NCBI GenBank assembly: GCA_035570235.1
Contig: DATMML010000051.1
Location: forward strand, 892-64,891
Direction of reading: 5' to 3'
Origin: Vicinamibacteria bacterium
GTDB taxonomy: Bacteria; Acidobacteriota; Vicinamibacteria; Fen-336
DNA length: 64,000 bases
Part shown: positions 16,131-25,767 of the stretch, one piece after another
Layout of the letters: the number at the start of each line of letters is the position of its first letter
Numbering within the stretch: the first letter of the stretch is position 1
Notes under the pieces: generated by a model
Seen by the model: the letters and a program-made list of their open reading frames with translations, nothing else
What the model was told of the DNA's origin: nothing
Database searches by the model: none
Position numbers and translations under genes: made by a program

Positions 16131-17666
16131 GTGGCCAACCAGCTGTTCGCGCGAAAACCCCTGGCCCTGCTCCTCGAGGAGATGAAGGGGGAGAACCGGC
16201 TGCGCCGGGTCCTGGGGCCCGTCCAGCTCTCCGCCCTCGGCATCGGCGCCGTGATTGGCACCGGCATCTTCGTGCTCACCGGCCAAGCCGCCCACGACCG
16301 CACCGGCCCCGCGCTCATGCTGTCGTTCGTGGCTTCGGGCACGGCCTGCATCTTCGCTGCCCTCTGCTACGCCGAGTTCGCGTCGATGGTGCCGGTGGCG
16401 GGTTCCGCCTACACCTACGCCTACGCCACCATGGGCGAGCTGTTCGCCTGGATCATCGGGTGGGATCTGATCTTGGAGTACGCCGTGGCTTCGATGACAG
16501 TGGCCCACGGGTGGTCGAAGAACTTTCAGGACATCCTTGCCGTCTTCGGGGTGCATCTGCCCAAGGCCCTCTCCAGCTCGCCCTTCGACTATGATCCCTC
16601 GCTCGGCCATTTCGTGGGCACGGGCAGCGTGCTCGATCTGCCCGGGATCTGTATCGCGGCCCTGGTCACCTGGGTTCTCGTGATCGGAATCAAGGAGAGC
16701 GCGGCCTTCAATACCACCATGGTGGCCATCAAAGTGGTCATCGTTCTCTTCGTGATCGGGGTGGGTTCCTTCTACGTCAACCCCGCGAATTGGCACCCCT
16801 TCGCCCCCTACGGCTTGACCGGGGTGGGTTTCTTCGGCCACACCCTTTTCGGGCAGACGGGAAAGGGGGGCGAGCCCCTGGGGATGCTGGCCGGGGCGGC
16901 GGTGATCTTTTTCGCCTACATTGGCTTCGATTCGGTCTCCACCCACGCGGAGGAAGCCCGAAACCCACGCAAGGATGTCCCCGTCGGCATCATCGCCTCC
17001 CTGGTGATCTGCACCGTCCTTTACATCGCGGTGGCCGCGATCCTGACCGGGATGGTGCCCTACGACAAGATCAACATCGAGACACCGGTGTCGGATGCCT
17101 TCCGGCAGGTCGGTCTCCCCTGGGCTCGCTTTCTGGTGAGCGTGGGGGCCATGACGGGAATCACCTCCGTCCTGCTCGTCATGATGCTGAGCCAGCCGCG
17201 CGTCTGGCTGGCCATGGCCAGGGACGGCCTCTTCCCGGAGTCGTTCTTCGGCGCCGTGCACGAGAAGTACCGGACACCCTGGAAGGCCACCATCCTCACG
17301 GGCGTGGCCGTGGCCCTGGGGGCGGCCTTCCTACCCCTACGGGCCCTGGCCGATCTCACCAACATCGGGACGCTGTTCGCCTTCGTGGTCGTGTGCATTG
17401 CGGTCTTGATCATGAGAGTCATAAATCCGGAGGCGGAGCGTCCCTTCCGGGCCCCTCTCTATCCCCTGGTGCCCATCCTCGGCATCTTGACCTGCCTCAT
17501 CCTGATGTTCTCCCTGGCCAAGGAGAACTGGTACCGACTCTTCGCCTGGCTCGCGATCGGCTTCGTCATCTACTTCGGCTACGGCAAGAAGCACAGTGTG
17601 ATGGCGCGGCTGCGGGCGGAGGAAGCGGCGGCGTCCGGGCCGCGGGCGGTGGCCGGCAAGAACTGA
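16131..17666 (+). CDS. APC-superfamily amino-acid permease (cationic amino-acid transporter-like)
   Basis: GTG start. LSALGIGAVIGTGIFVLTG and FAALCYAEFASMVPVAGSAYTY, with about 13-14 TM segments. Confidence 0.9.
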   Translation: MANQLFARKPLALLLEEMKGENRLRRVLGPVQLSALGIGAVIGTGIFVLTGQAAHDRTGPALMLSFVASGTACIFAALCYAEFASMVPVAGSAYTYAYATMGELFAWIIGWDLILEYAVASMTVAHGWSKNFQDILAVFGVHLPKALSSSPFDYDPSLGHFVGTGSVLDLPGICIAALVTWVLVIGIKESAAFNTTMVAIKVVIVLFVIGVGSFYVNPANWHPFAPYGLTGVGFFGHTLFGQTGKGGEPLGMLAGAAVIFFAYIGFDSVSTHAEEARNPRKDVPVGIIASLVICTVLYIAVAAILTGMVPYDKINIETPVSDAFRQVGLPWARFLVSVGAMTGITSVLLVMMLSQPRVWLAMARDGLFPESFFGAVHEKYRTPWKATILTGVAVALGAAFLPLRALADLTNIGTLFAFVVVCIAVLIMRVINPEAERPFRAPLYPLVPILGILTCLILMFSLAKENWYRLFAWLAIGFVIYFGYGKKHSVMARLRAEEAAASGPRAVAGKN

Positions 17667-17688
17667 GGCCCGAGCGCTCGCGCCGGGG

Positions 17689-17716
17689 TTGACGGGCGCG
17701 GGCTTGGGGGCTTAAT
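17689..17716 (+). promoter_or_regulatory. Putative sigma-70 promoter for hppA (GGGTTGACG-16-CTTAAT)
   Basis: TTGACG at 17689-17694, 16-nt spacer, CTTAAT at 17711-17716. Confidence 0.45.
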
Positions 17717-17779
17717 CTCCCGCGTCTTTCCATTGGGCATCCGCCCGGAGCCCCGCACAAGCTTGGAAACGGAGGCGTC

Positions 17780-19945
17780 ATGCAGGTCGAATCGGTACTG
17801 CCGCTCGTCCTGGGAATCAGCCTTCTCTCCCTGGGGGTGGCGGTTTTCCTGGCCCGGCAAGTCCTGGCCGCGGACACGGGCAAGCCGGAGATGCGGGCGA
17901 TATCGGACGCCATCCGGGAGGGAGCAGAGGCCTTCCTCTCCCGGCAATACCGAACGATAGCCCTCCTTTCCCTGGTGGCCGCCGCCGCCATCTTCGGCTT
18001 CTACTACAGTGACCGAGACGTGAAAAACATCGCGGAGATGGGCGAAGGAACGTTCTGGAAGGTGACCCTCTCGTTCCTCATCGGTGCTCTCTGCTCGGCT
18101 ATCGCTGGTTACGTCGGGATGTTCGTCTCTATCCGCGCCAACATCCGCACCGCCGCCGCGGCCATGACCAGCCTCAACCAAGCCCTGCGGATCGCGCTGC
18201 GGGGAGGGGCGGTCAGCGGCCTCACGGTGGTGGCTACGAGCCTCCTGGGGGTGGGCGGCCTCTTCTACCTCTTCGGGGGGATGCACGATTACCGGCACGT
18301 TCCCCTCCAAATCGTGGGCTTCGGCTTCGGGGCCAGCTTTGTGGCTCTCTTCGCCCAGCTTGGGGGCGGGATCTACACCAAGGCCGCGGATGTGGGGGCC
18401 GACCTCGTGGGCAAAGTCGAAGCCGGGATCCCGGAGGACGACCCGCGCAACCCCGCCGTGGTGGCTGATCTGGTGGGTGACAACGTGGGGGATTGCGCGG
18501 GCCGCGGGGCCGACCTCTTCGAGTCCACCGCCGCGGAGAACGTGGGGGCCATGATCCTGGGGATCGCGCTCTTCCCGGTCTTCGGGCTGGGGGGGATCCT
18601 CTTCCCCCTCTTGGCGCGCGCCTTTGGGCTCATCGCCACCATCGTGGGGGTCTTCACCGTCAGCTGTCGCGAGGACGAAGATCCCATGAACGCCCTGAAC
18701 CGCGGCTACTTGGTCACGACCGTGCTGGCCATGGTCGGTTTCGGCGTGTCTGTCTTCACCCTCTTGCGGCCCGCCCCCGGCTCGGGCGCCATCGTCCATC
18801 GCCCCTACCTGCTCTTGGCGGGCATCGTCGGGATCCTGGCTGCTTACGCCTTCGTCTGGATCACGCAGTACTACACGGAGTACAAGTACCGGCCGGTGCG
18901 CTCCATTGCCGAGGCCAGCCGGACCGGAGCCGCCACCAACATCATCACCGGCCTCGCCGTGGGCTTCGAGTGCACGGGCCTGCCCGTAATCGTGATCTCC
19001 GCCGCCCTCATGGCTGCATACTGGTGCGGCAAGATGGGTCTGGGAGAGGTGCCGGGAGCGGGTCTCTACGGAACCGCCATCGCCACGATGGGCATGCTCG
19101 CTCCTTGTGCTTACATCCTGGCCATGGACACCTTCGGGCCCATCACCGACAACGCGGGCGGGATCATCGAGATGTCCAAGCAGCCGGAAGAGATCCGGCG
19201 GAAGACCGACCGTCTGGACGCCGTGGGCAACACCACCAAAGCCCTCACCAAGGGCTACGCCATCGGCTCCGCCGCTCTCGCCGCTTTCCTGCTCTTCCGG
19301 GCCTATCTAGACGAGGTCGAGAAGATCACCGGGAGCACGATCCGTGTAGACCTCACCCGGGTCCCCGTATTCGTGGGAGGTTTGCTGGGGGCGACCTTGG
19401 TCTTTGTCTTCAGCGCTCTGGCCATTCGGGCGGTGGGGAAGGCGGCCCAAGTGGTGATCTCCGAGGTGCGCCGCCAATTCAAGGCCGACCCAGGGATCAT
19501 GGCCGGGACCTCCAAGCCCGACTACGCACGCTGCGTCGACATCGTCACCGCGGGGGCGCTGCGGGAGATGGTGGCTCCCGGGCTCCTTGCCGTCCTCACC
19601 CCGGTGGCGGTTGGCTTTTCCTTCCGCTACTTGTCCCCCTACGGCCAGACCGGCGCGGAGTCGGTGGCGGCGCTGCTCATGGTGGGGACGATCAGCGGCA
19701 TCCTCTTGGCCACGGTCATGAACAACGGCGGGGGAGCCTGGGACAACGCGAAGAAGTACATAGAGTCGGGGCTCTTCACCGTGGACGGCCAGGTCGTCGG
19801 GAAGAAGTCCGAAGCCCACAAGGCGGCGGTGGTGGGCGATACGGTCGGCGATCCCTTCAAGGATACTGCTGGCCCCTCGCTGCATGTGCTCATCAAGCTG
19901 CTCTCGACCATCACTCTCGTGCTCGCGCCCCTGTTCATCGTTTGA
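17780..19945 (+). CDS. hppA: Membrane-bound H+-translocating pyrophosphatase, K+-independent type
   Basis: GDNVGDCAGRGADLFES, DAVGNTTKALTKGYAIGSAALA, VGDPFKDTAGPSL. The Lys in GNTTKA (rather than Ala) is the published K+-independence signature. Confidence 0.95.
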   Translation: MQVESVLPLVLGISLLSLGVAVFLARQVLAADTGKPEMRAISDAIREGAEAFLSRQYRTIALLSLVAAAAIFGFYYSDRDVKNIAEMGEGTFWKVTLSFLIGALCSAIAGYVGMFVSIRANIRTAAAAMTSLNQALRIALRGGAVSGLTVVATSLLGVGGLFYLFGGMHDYRHVPLQIVGFGFGASFVALFAQLGGGIYTKAADVGADLVGKVEAGIPEDDPRNPAVVADLVGDNVGDCAGRGADLFESTAAENVGAMILGIALFPVFGLGGILFPLLARAFGLIATIVGVFTVSCREDEDPMNALNRGYLVTTVLAMVGFGVSVFTLLRPAPGSGAIVHRPYLLLAGIVGILAAYAFVWITQYYTEYKYRPVRSIAEASRTGAATNIITGLAVGFECTGLPVIVISAALMAAYWCGKMGLGEVPGAGLYGTAIATMGMLAPCAYILAMDTFGPITDNAGGIIEMSKQPEEIRRKTDRLDAVGNTTKALTKGYAIGSAALAAFLLFRAYLDEVEKITGSTIRVDLTRVPVFVGGLLGATLVFVFSALAIRAVGKAAQVVISEVRRQFKADPGIMAGTSKPDYARCVDIVTAGALREMVAPGLLAVLTPVAVGFSFRYLSPYGQTGAESVAALLMVGTISGILLATVMNNGGGAWDNAKKYIESGLFTVDGQVVGKKSEAHKAAVVGDTVGDPFKDTAGPSLHVLIKLLSTITLVLAPLFIV

Positions 19946-19948
19946 ACG

Positions 19949-19977
19949 CGGACGGAGGATGGTGACGTCCGTTCTTC
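19949..19977 (+). terminator. Possible terminator hairpin after hppA
   Basis: CGGACG / CGTCCG 6-bp stem (19949-19971) followed by TTCTTC. The T tract is weak. Confidence 0.35.
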
Positions 19978-20082
19978 GCGCGCATCGCGGCTTGGGCATC
20001 GCTCGCGGGGGAGTTCCGGATCCCGGGGGCAGGGCTCGGCGGGAGCACCCGCCCCTGCTGCTCGCGATGCCACGCCCTCCTC

Positions 20083-20883
20083 ATGGCCAATCGCGCCCCT
20101 GACTCATTTTGGCCCCGGGCCGCCACCGGCCTGGCCCTGGGCGCTCTCACCGGGCTCGTGGCCCACGAACTGGAGCTCCTCTCCGTGCTCTCGATCTGGG
20201 GCGATCGCGCGCTCATCGTGGTCGGGGGGGGGATCCTGGGGGCCGTCATCGGGTGCACGCGGTGGCGGGGGTTGATCGGGGCGGCCGCCGGGGGTGCGGT
20301 CGGCTTGTGGCTACTGGTGGCGTTCACCCCCCTCTGCGCCCTCTTGGCCCAGGGCCTCCCTCGGCGTGATCCGGTGGGGCGGGCGGATGCGATCTTCGTC
20401 CTCGCCTCCCGTCTCCAGGCCGACGGCGAGCCTACCCCGGACGCCCTGAGCCGCCTCCTCCATGCCCTGGAGCTCCTGGGTCAGAGCTTGGCCCCCCGCC
20501 TGATCCTCTCCGAGCAGCGGCCGCCGGCGCGGTCCTACGCGGAGGCGGCCCGGCCCATCCTCGATCATCTGGGCCTGCGGACCGAGCTTCTGACCGTGGG
20601 CCCCGTTCGCAACACCCACGATGAAGCGGAGGCGGTGGGTGCTCTCTTCCGCATGCGGGGCTGGAAGCGGCTGCTGGTCGTCACCTCGCCCACCCATTCC
20701 CGCCGGGCTTGCGCGGCCCTCGAGCACGAGGGAATCGTGGTGCTGTCCTCACCGTCGATGGAGACTCGCTTCGACCTCGAGACCTTGGACCGGGCCGACG
20801 ACCGGTTGGTCGCCTTCGGCAGCCTCATCCACGAGCGGGTCGGCTTTTGGGTCTACCGCCGCCGGGGCTGGATCCTTCACTGA
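20083..20883 (+). CDS. DUF218/YdcF(ElyC)-family protein with N-terminal TM segments
   Basis: DAIFVLAS...PRLILSE...NTHDEAEAV...KRLLVVTSPTHSRRA is the typical DUF218 core. Confidence 0.7.
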   Translation: MANRAPDSFWPRAATGLALGALTGLVAHELELLSVLSIWGDRALIVVGGGILGAVIGCTRWRGLIGAAAGGAVGLWLLVAFTPLCALLAQGLPRRDPVGRADAIFVLASRLQADGEPTPDALSRLLHALELLGQSLAPRLILSEQRPPARSYAEAARPILDHLGLRTELLTVGPVRNTHDEAEAVGALFRMRGWKRLLVVTSPTHSRRACAALEHEGIVVLSSPSMETRFDLETLDRADDRLVAFGSLIHERVGFWVYRRRGWILH

Positions 20884-20981
20884 GGGAGGGGGTGCGGTGT
20901 CGCACCCCCTCTACCCGCCCCCCGGGCCATCGCCCGGGAGCGCAGCCCGCTGCCGGGGGGCGGGGCGCACGTGCGGGGGGG

Positions 20982-21473
20982 CTACTTGGCCGAGAAGTCG
21001 GTCTTGAGGGCGGTGGTTCCCCAGGACAGGCTGAACTCGCCCTTGTTCTTGTCGCCCTTGACCTCGATGGTCAGGGCCTCGACGCTCGCCGGCAGCTTCG
21101 ACGGGGTGAGCGGGACTTCCGCCACCTTGGTTTTCTCCTTGTCCGCCTTGGTGACGTTGAGCTGCCACTTGTCCTCCCCCAGCTTGGTGGCGGTGAGAAC
21201 GTACTCACCCTTGGGTACGGCCGTGCTCCCGAAGCTGAGGTCGGCCTCGGTCTTGAGGGTGGTGGGAGCGTCGGCCCCCATGCGCCAGGGCTTGCCGACC
21301 TCGGCCTGGGCCAGCATGTCCCGTCCCTTAAGGTTGGGTCGGCCGTAGTCGATCGAGACGACCTTACCCGCGACCGTGGCCTTGGCCTCGCCGCGATCCG
21401 CGCCGTGGGCTTGGGCGGAGATGGCAAGGGCCAGGACACCGGAGAACAAACCAAAGCGCTTCATCATCATCAT
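20982..21473 (-). CDS. Secreted DUF2911-family protein
   Basis: Signal peptide MMMMKRFGLFSGVLALAISAQA. VVSIDYGRPNLKGRDM...PWRMGADAPTTLKT...VPKGEYVL...DKWQL resembles DUF2911. Confidence 0.7.
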   Translation of the reverse strand: MMMMKRFGLFSGVLALAISAQAHGADRGEAKATVAGKVVSIDYGRPNLKGRDMLAQAEVGKPWRMGADAPTTLKTEADLSFGSTAVPKGEYVLTATKLGEDKWQLNVTKADKEKTKVAEVPLTPSKLPASVEALTIEVKGDKNKGEFSLSWGTTALKTDFSAK

Positions 21474-21606
21474 CAGTGACCTCCCGTGGACCCCAGAGAC
21501 CTCGATCTTAGGACGCGATCGCCGGCGGGAGCAACCGGAAGGGTCCCGGAAAGGCCACTCCCGCGCCACACGCTCGGGCCACGGCCCCTGGGGGGCGGCC
21601 TCCCGG

Positions 21607-22191
21607 TCAGCGGAGGCCTGCCTCGGCGGCCCGCAAGCTTCCCTGCCATTCCGTTGTTTTTTCCACTTCCGGGAGCGGCCGGGGTTGGGCGGGGTCGGCG
21701 GTCGCTCCCTGGAGGGCGAGCTGCCAGAAACCCACGTCGTGCCAGTGGCCGAGTTTGAAGCCGGCCTCCTTGAAGACGCCGACCGGCTCGAAGCCCAGGC
21801 GCTCGTGGGTGGCGACGCTGGCCGGGTTGGGGAGGGTGATCCCGGCATAGGCGCGGTAGTAGCCGGCGAGGCGCAGTCCGGTCAGAAGTGCGGTGTAGAG
21901 CGCCCGGGCCACGCCCTTACCCCGATGGGGCGCCGCCACGTAGACCGTGGTCTCGACCGCCCACTGGTAGGCGGGGCGCGCGCGGAAGGGGCCCGCATAG
22001 GCATAGCCCTGGATCTCACCATCCGCCTCGCAAACAAGCCAGGGGGTCCGCGCCGTGATCTTTCGGACGCGCTCTCGGAACTCCTCGACCGAAGGCGGCG
22101 CCAGTTCGAACGAGATGGGCGTCTCGCGCACGAGGGGGGCGTAGATCTCAAGCATGGGCCCGGCGTCCGTGTCCCGGGCCAGACGGATCAC
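21607..22191 (-). CDS. GNAT-family N-acetyltransferase (phosphinothricin acetyltransferase-like)
   Basis: IRLARDTDAGPMLEIYAPLVRETPISFE...GYAYAGPFRARPAYQW..ETTVYV...RGKGVARALY...HERLGFE. Confidence 0.85.
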   Translation of the reverse strand: MIRLARDTDAGPMLEIYAPLVRETPISFELAPPSVEEFRERVRKITARTPWLVCEADGEIQGYAYAGPFRARPAYQWAVETTVYVAAPHRGKGVARALYTALLTGLRLAGYYRAYAGITLPNPASVATHERLGFEPVGVFKEAGFKLGHWHDVGFWQLALQGATADPAQPRPLPEVEKTTEWQGSLRAAEAGLR

Positions 22192-22694
22192 GGCCGGCGT
22201 AGGAGGAGGAACCCCGTCGCCACCAGGGCGCTGGCCTTGAGGACGTCGGCTCCCAGGAAAGCGGCGTGCAGAAGGCCGAACGGGCGGGCGTCCTCCGGGC
22301 GTAGGGGACGCGGGGCGAAGTCCAGGGCGCGGCCCCGCTCGGCCAGGGGGCCGAGGGCGGCGGCTTGCGCAAGGACGAGCACCAGGGCCAGACCCGAGAG
22401 TAGCCTTGAGAGGCCGCCCCCCGGCCAGAGCAGAGCCAAAAGGGCTGCCCCGAGCCCCAGCTGCACCACGGCCCAGGACCGGAACATCCAGCGGTTGAGC
22501 TCGGCCCCGAGGTGGCGCAGGGCGGCCCGGCGATCCGGTGGTGCGACCCCAGCCAGCTTTTCCGAGAGCTCGGGCCGCCCGCCGGGGCCGAGCACCCGGT
22601 CGACGGCGCGGAGGTTAATGGTGGCCATGACCCACGAACCAGCCAGGACTCCCACCCAGGCGCCGAGGAGCAGGAGCGCCAGCTTCCACCTCAT
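22188..22694 (-). CDS. Hypothetical membrane protein (4 predicted TM)
   Basis: Hydrophobic profile. 4-nt overlaps with both neighbours on the same strand. Confidence 0.55.
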   Translation of the reverse strand: MRWKLALLLLGAWVGVLAGSWVMATINLRAVDRVLGPGGRPELSEKLAGVAPPDRRAALRHLGAELNRWMFRSWAVVQLGLGAALLALLWPGGGLSRLLSGLALVLVLAQAAALGPLAERGRALDFAPRPLRPEDARPFGLLHAAFLGADVLKASALVATGFLLLRRP

Positions 22695-22981
22695 TCGTTG
22701 TCGAAAGGATTCGGGGGTCGGCCCGTGGGGTCGGCGGCCGCACGCTTCTTGGCCTCCTCAAACTTCTTGTCCAGGATCTCTCGTGCGTGCTTCGTCTGCT
22801 GGACGGAGCGCGCGAATTTCTCGTCGAGAAGGCTCTTCTGGGACTGGACGCGGTTCACGAGGTCGTCGAAGTCCCGCATGGGCTCCTTCTTCTTGTCCAC
22901 CCAGACCACGGACTGCGTCTCGGGATCGACCTTCAGCTGGGCCTCGCAGCAGGGGCAAGTGATGTCGAGGGCTTCAGGCAT
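22691..22981 (-). CDS. Small hypothetical protein with an N-terminal CPCC motif and a charged helical tail
   Basis: Start taken at MPEALDITCPCCEAQLKVDPE... (ATG 22981). Family not recognised. Confidence 0.45.
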   Translation of the reverse strand: MPEALDITCPCCEAQLKVDPETQSVVWVDKKKEPMRDFDDLVNRVQSQKSLLDEKFARSVQQTKHAREILDKKFEEAKKRAAADPTGRPPNPFDNE

Positions 22982-23086
22982 GATCGGATTGTAACCCCAA
23001 GCTGGCTTTGCTTTCCTGCCCGCTGCCCCGCGGCGCGCGGCAAGAACCCTAGCGCCGGCTCCCTCGAGCTTGGCCCCCAAGCGTGA

Positions 23087-25522
23087 CTACTGGATGTAGC
23101 CCAGGGCACGGAGGCGTTCCAGCTCTTCCTTCCCCAGCCCCTCCCGTGTTTTCGAGTCGGGCGGAAGGCGGGCCGCTTCCGCCATCCGCCGCCACGCTTC
23201 GAGCTCGCTGGCCAGGCGCTTGACGATCTCAGGCTCTTCGGCAGCAAGGTCCGACTTGTCGAGCGAGTCCTTCCCGTGATTGTAGAGCTCGTACTCGGGG
23301 CGTCCGGCCAGGCCGTTCGTGTTGTGAACCAGCTTCCAGCCGTCGCGGATGATGGCGAAGGACTCCGCATCCCTCGGCGGTGGCCCCCCGCCCTCTCGCG
23401 TCGCTTCCTTCTCGATCACCGCCGGCCACGCTTTAGGCGCCGTCGCCGGGTTGGCGGTCCCCGACGACGTTGTCGACAGGAGGGGGAGGAGGCTGTGGCC
23501 CTGGACGCCCTTGGGCACGGGCAGCCGGCTCATCTCGAGCAGGGTGGGCATCACGTCGATGGCCTGGACGGTCTGCTCGACTACCGCGCCCGCCACGACC
23601 GTGCCCGGACGCCACAGGATAAGGGGAACATTCGAGAGCTCGCCGTAGGTGCTTTGGCCGTGGAACATCCGTCCATGCTCCAGGAATTCCTCCCCGTGGT
23701 CCGCGGTGTAGACAACTAGCGTCCGGCGGTCCAGCCCCAGATTCCGCAAACCCTCGAGCAGCCGGGCGATCTCCGGGTCCATCCCTCGGATCGCCCCGTC
23801 GTACCAGCCGAGCTCGTAGTCTACGTAGGCCTCGGGGTTCAACCCCGCCCGCCGCAAGTCGTCCCGGCTCGGCATTTGGAACGCCCTCATGGTGGGGTCG
23901 GCGATGAACTTGTGAACCTCCTTCGCCTGCCGCTCGTGCTCGGCCTCGCCCGCGCGGTCCGCCCACAGCCCGTCGTAGGGGGGGTACGGCCGGTAGGGGT
24001 CGTGCGGATCTTGGACGTGGAGGAAGACAAAGAAGGGCACGTCACGGTGGGTCTCGAGCCAGGGTAGGAGGCGATCCACGTAGACGCGGGCGGTCTTGCT
24101 CGTCCTCGCCTCTCCCTTGATGGAGCCGTTCTCCTGGACCTCCTCGAACCCCTTGTGTAGGTTCGTGAAGCGGCCGGTGAAGAGACCCGACGACATGGAG
24201 AGGGTCGCGTAACCCGCCTCTCGATAGATCTCAGCTAACGTGACCGCGGAATTGGGAAGGCGATCACTGAAGTCGTGGACGCCATGGGTCGCGGGGTACA
24301 GCGAGGTGAGGAGAGAGGGCGTCGAGACTTTTGTCCACGTCGCCTGCACCACGGCGTCGCGGAAGAGAGTCCCCTCCGAGGCCAGGCGGCGGATCGTGGG
24401 CCCGGTCGGCCGGCCGTAGCCATAGATGTCGAGATGGTCGCGCCGGAGGGTGTCCACCCAAATCAGGACGACGCCCTGCGGCGGATCGCCGGGGGCCTTG
24501 GCGGGCGCGGCCGGCCGCGGCCTCCCGCCCCGGCTGCGGACGACGGGTGCGCCCCAGAGACCCAGGACGCCGGGTTTGCCCCCCGCGAGGGAGAGGGTGA
24601 GGGAGACCCTACGGTTCGCGTATTCGTGCAAGTCCACGGGGGCGGCGTCCCAGCGGTGGGGCGTCGTGACCGTCCGCTCCAGGAGCACGGCGTCTCTGCT
24701 CCCATCGTCCACCGCGACCCGAAAGGCCACCGGTTCCTCATCGAGCGTGCCCACCGCGAGATCGAGCCATGGTCTCTCCGGGAGATCTAGCGTGAAGCGT
24801 ACCGTCTCCGGCGTTCGCGCCACGATCGTCTCGCGATAGAACTCCGAAAGCCCCTGCCACGCGATCCCGGACGGGACTGAGGCCAGGTGCTCCCTTCGGG
24901 AGACAATGCGGAACGCCTCGATCTCGAATTGGGCCCCCGCCACGTTGGTGGGACGGACAAAGACGTGAAGGGTTCGCGACAGCGGGATCCCGCGGGCAGT
25001 GTGAATCACGTAGCTCCGAACATCGTCGCCCGCGATGATGGGTGTGGCCAGCGTCCAGAAGTTATTGTTGGGCTGCTGGGCAACCTCGGCTAGATCGACG
25101 TGCTCCTGGCCCGAGAAAGCGATGTACAGGTTCGTCCCCGCGGAGGCCCGGAGACGGATCTCGACGGCTTCCAGCACGTCGCTGCCTCCCAGACCCGGCT
25201 TCCCCAGGAAGTGGACCACGGGGCCGGGGGATGTGGTGTGTCCTTGCAGCCGGCCGTTACGGAGGGCGAGCCCCGCCACGCCGGGGCCGGCCTCCCAGCC
25301 CCCCGGGCCTCGCGCTCCGGCGGCGGGCGCATCGAACCGCCATTCGTTCGGGGGCGCGGCCGAGGGTGACGCGGGGGAGTGGCCGAGGACCAGTTCCGGC
25401 CGGAACAAATCGACGAGACGGATCGTGATCGGTGCAGGCTTGCGGCTGCATCCCACCGTGGCCGCCGCGGCGCACAGGATCAGCAACGGGGCCCCACCAG
25501 GGGAGCGGCGAATGCGGGACAT
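23087..25522 (-). CDS. Lipoprotein with an unknown N-terminal domain plus a sulfatase-fold (alkaline-phosphatase superfamily) hydrolase domain
   Basis: Lipobox AATVGCS. VVLIWVDTLRRDHL, ..TWTKVSTPSLLTSLYPATHGV.., VFLHVQDPHDPY, VVYTADHGEEF. Confidence 0.8.
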   Translation of the reverse strand: MSRIRRSPGGAPLLILCAAAATVGCSRKPAPITIRLVDLFRPELVLGHSPASPSAAPPNEWRFDAPAAGARGPGGWEAGPGVAGLALRNGRLQGHTTSPGPVVHFLGKPGLGGSDVLEAVEIRLRASAGTNLYIAFSGQEHVDLAEVAQQPNNNFWTLATPIIAGDDVRSYVIHTARGIPLSRTLHVFVRPTNVAGAQFEIEAFRIVSRREHLASVPSGIAWQGLSEFYRETIVARTPETVRFTLDLPERPWLDLAVGTLDEEPVAFRVAVDDGSRDAVLLERTVTTPHRWDAAPVDLHEYANRRVSLTLSLAGGKPGVLGLWGAPVVRSRGGRPRPAAPAKAPGDPPQGVVLIWVDTLRRDHLDIYGYGRPTGPTIRRLASEGTLFRDAVVQATWTKVSTPSLLTSLYPATHGVHDFSDRLPNSAVTLAEIYREAGYATLSMSSGLFTGRFTNLHKGFEEVQENGSIKGEARTSKTARVYVDRLLPWLETHRDVPFFVFLHVQDPHDPYRPYPPYDGLWADRAGEAEHERQAKEVHKFIADPTMRAFQMPSRDDLRRAGLNPEAYVDYELGWYDGAIRGMDPEIARLLEGLRNLGLDRRTLVVYTADHGEEFLEHGRMFHGQSTYGELSNVPLILWRPGTVVAGAVVEQTVQAIDVMPTLLEMSRLPVPKGVQGHSLLPLLSTTSSGTANPATAPKAWPAVIEKEATREGGGPPPRDAESFAIIRDGWKLVHNTNGLAGRPEYELYNHGKDSLDKSDLAAEEPEIVKRLASELEAWRRMAEAARLPPDSKTREGLGKEELERLRALGYIQ

Positions 25523-25767
25523 GCCTTTCCTTGAAGGAAGAATGAATTGCCTGCAGAGACTACGGCCGGGGGTGGACAGAATCAAGTGGCGTCGGCGGGA
25601 CGACCCGAGGCCTCTCTGCGCCGCGGCGGCCCTCCCCCGGGGCCCCGAGAACGAGCCGGGTAGCCAGTAACCTGTGCGGCTTCAAACATCGCGGGGCCGG
25701 TACCAGGAGAGCGTCAGCCCCTTCAACCCTGACTATGGGACCGCTCAACCGGTAATATGGGAGCGGG

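Noticed and set aside
25700-25767. TAATAT box (25754-25759) with CTGACT 18 nt upstream as the TetR promoter, implying a nearly leaderless mRNA.
   Set aside because: The -35 match is poor and the geometry is ambiguous. There is not enough evidence to list it as a feature.
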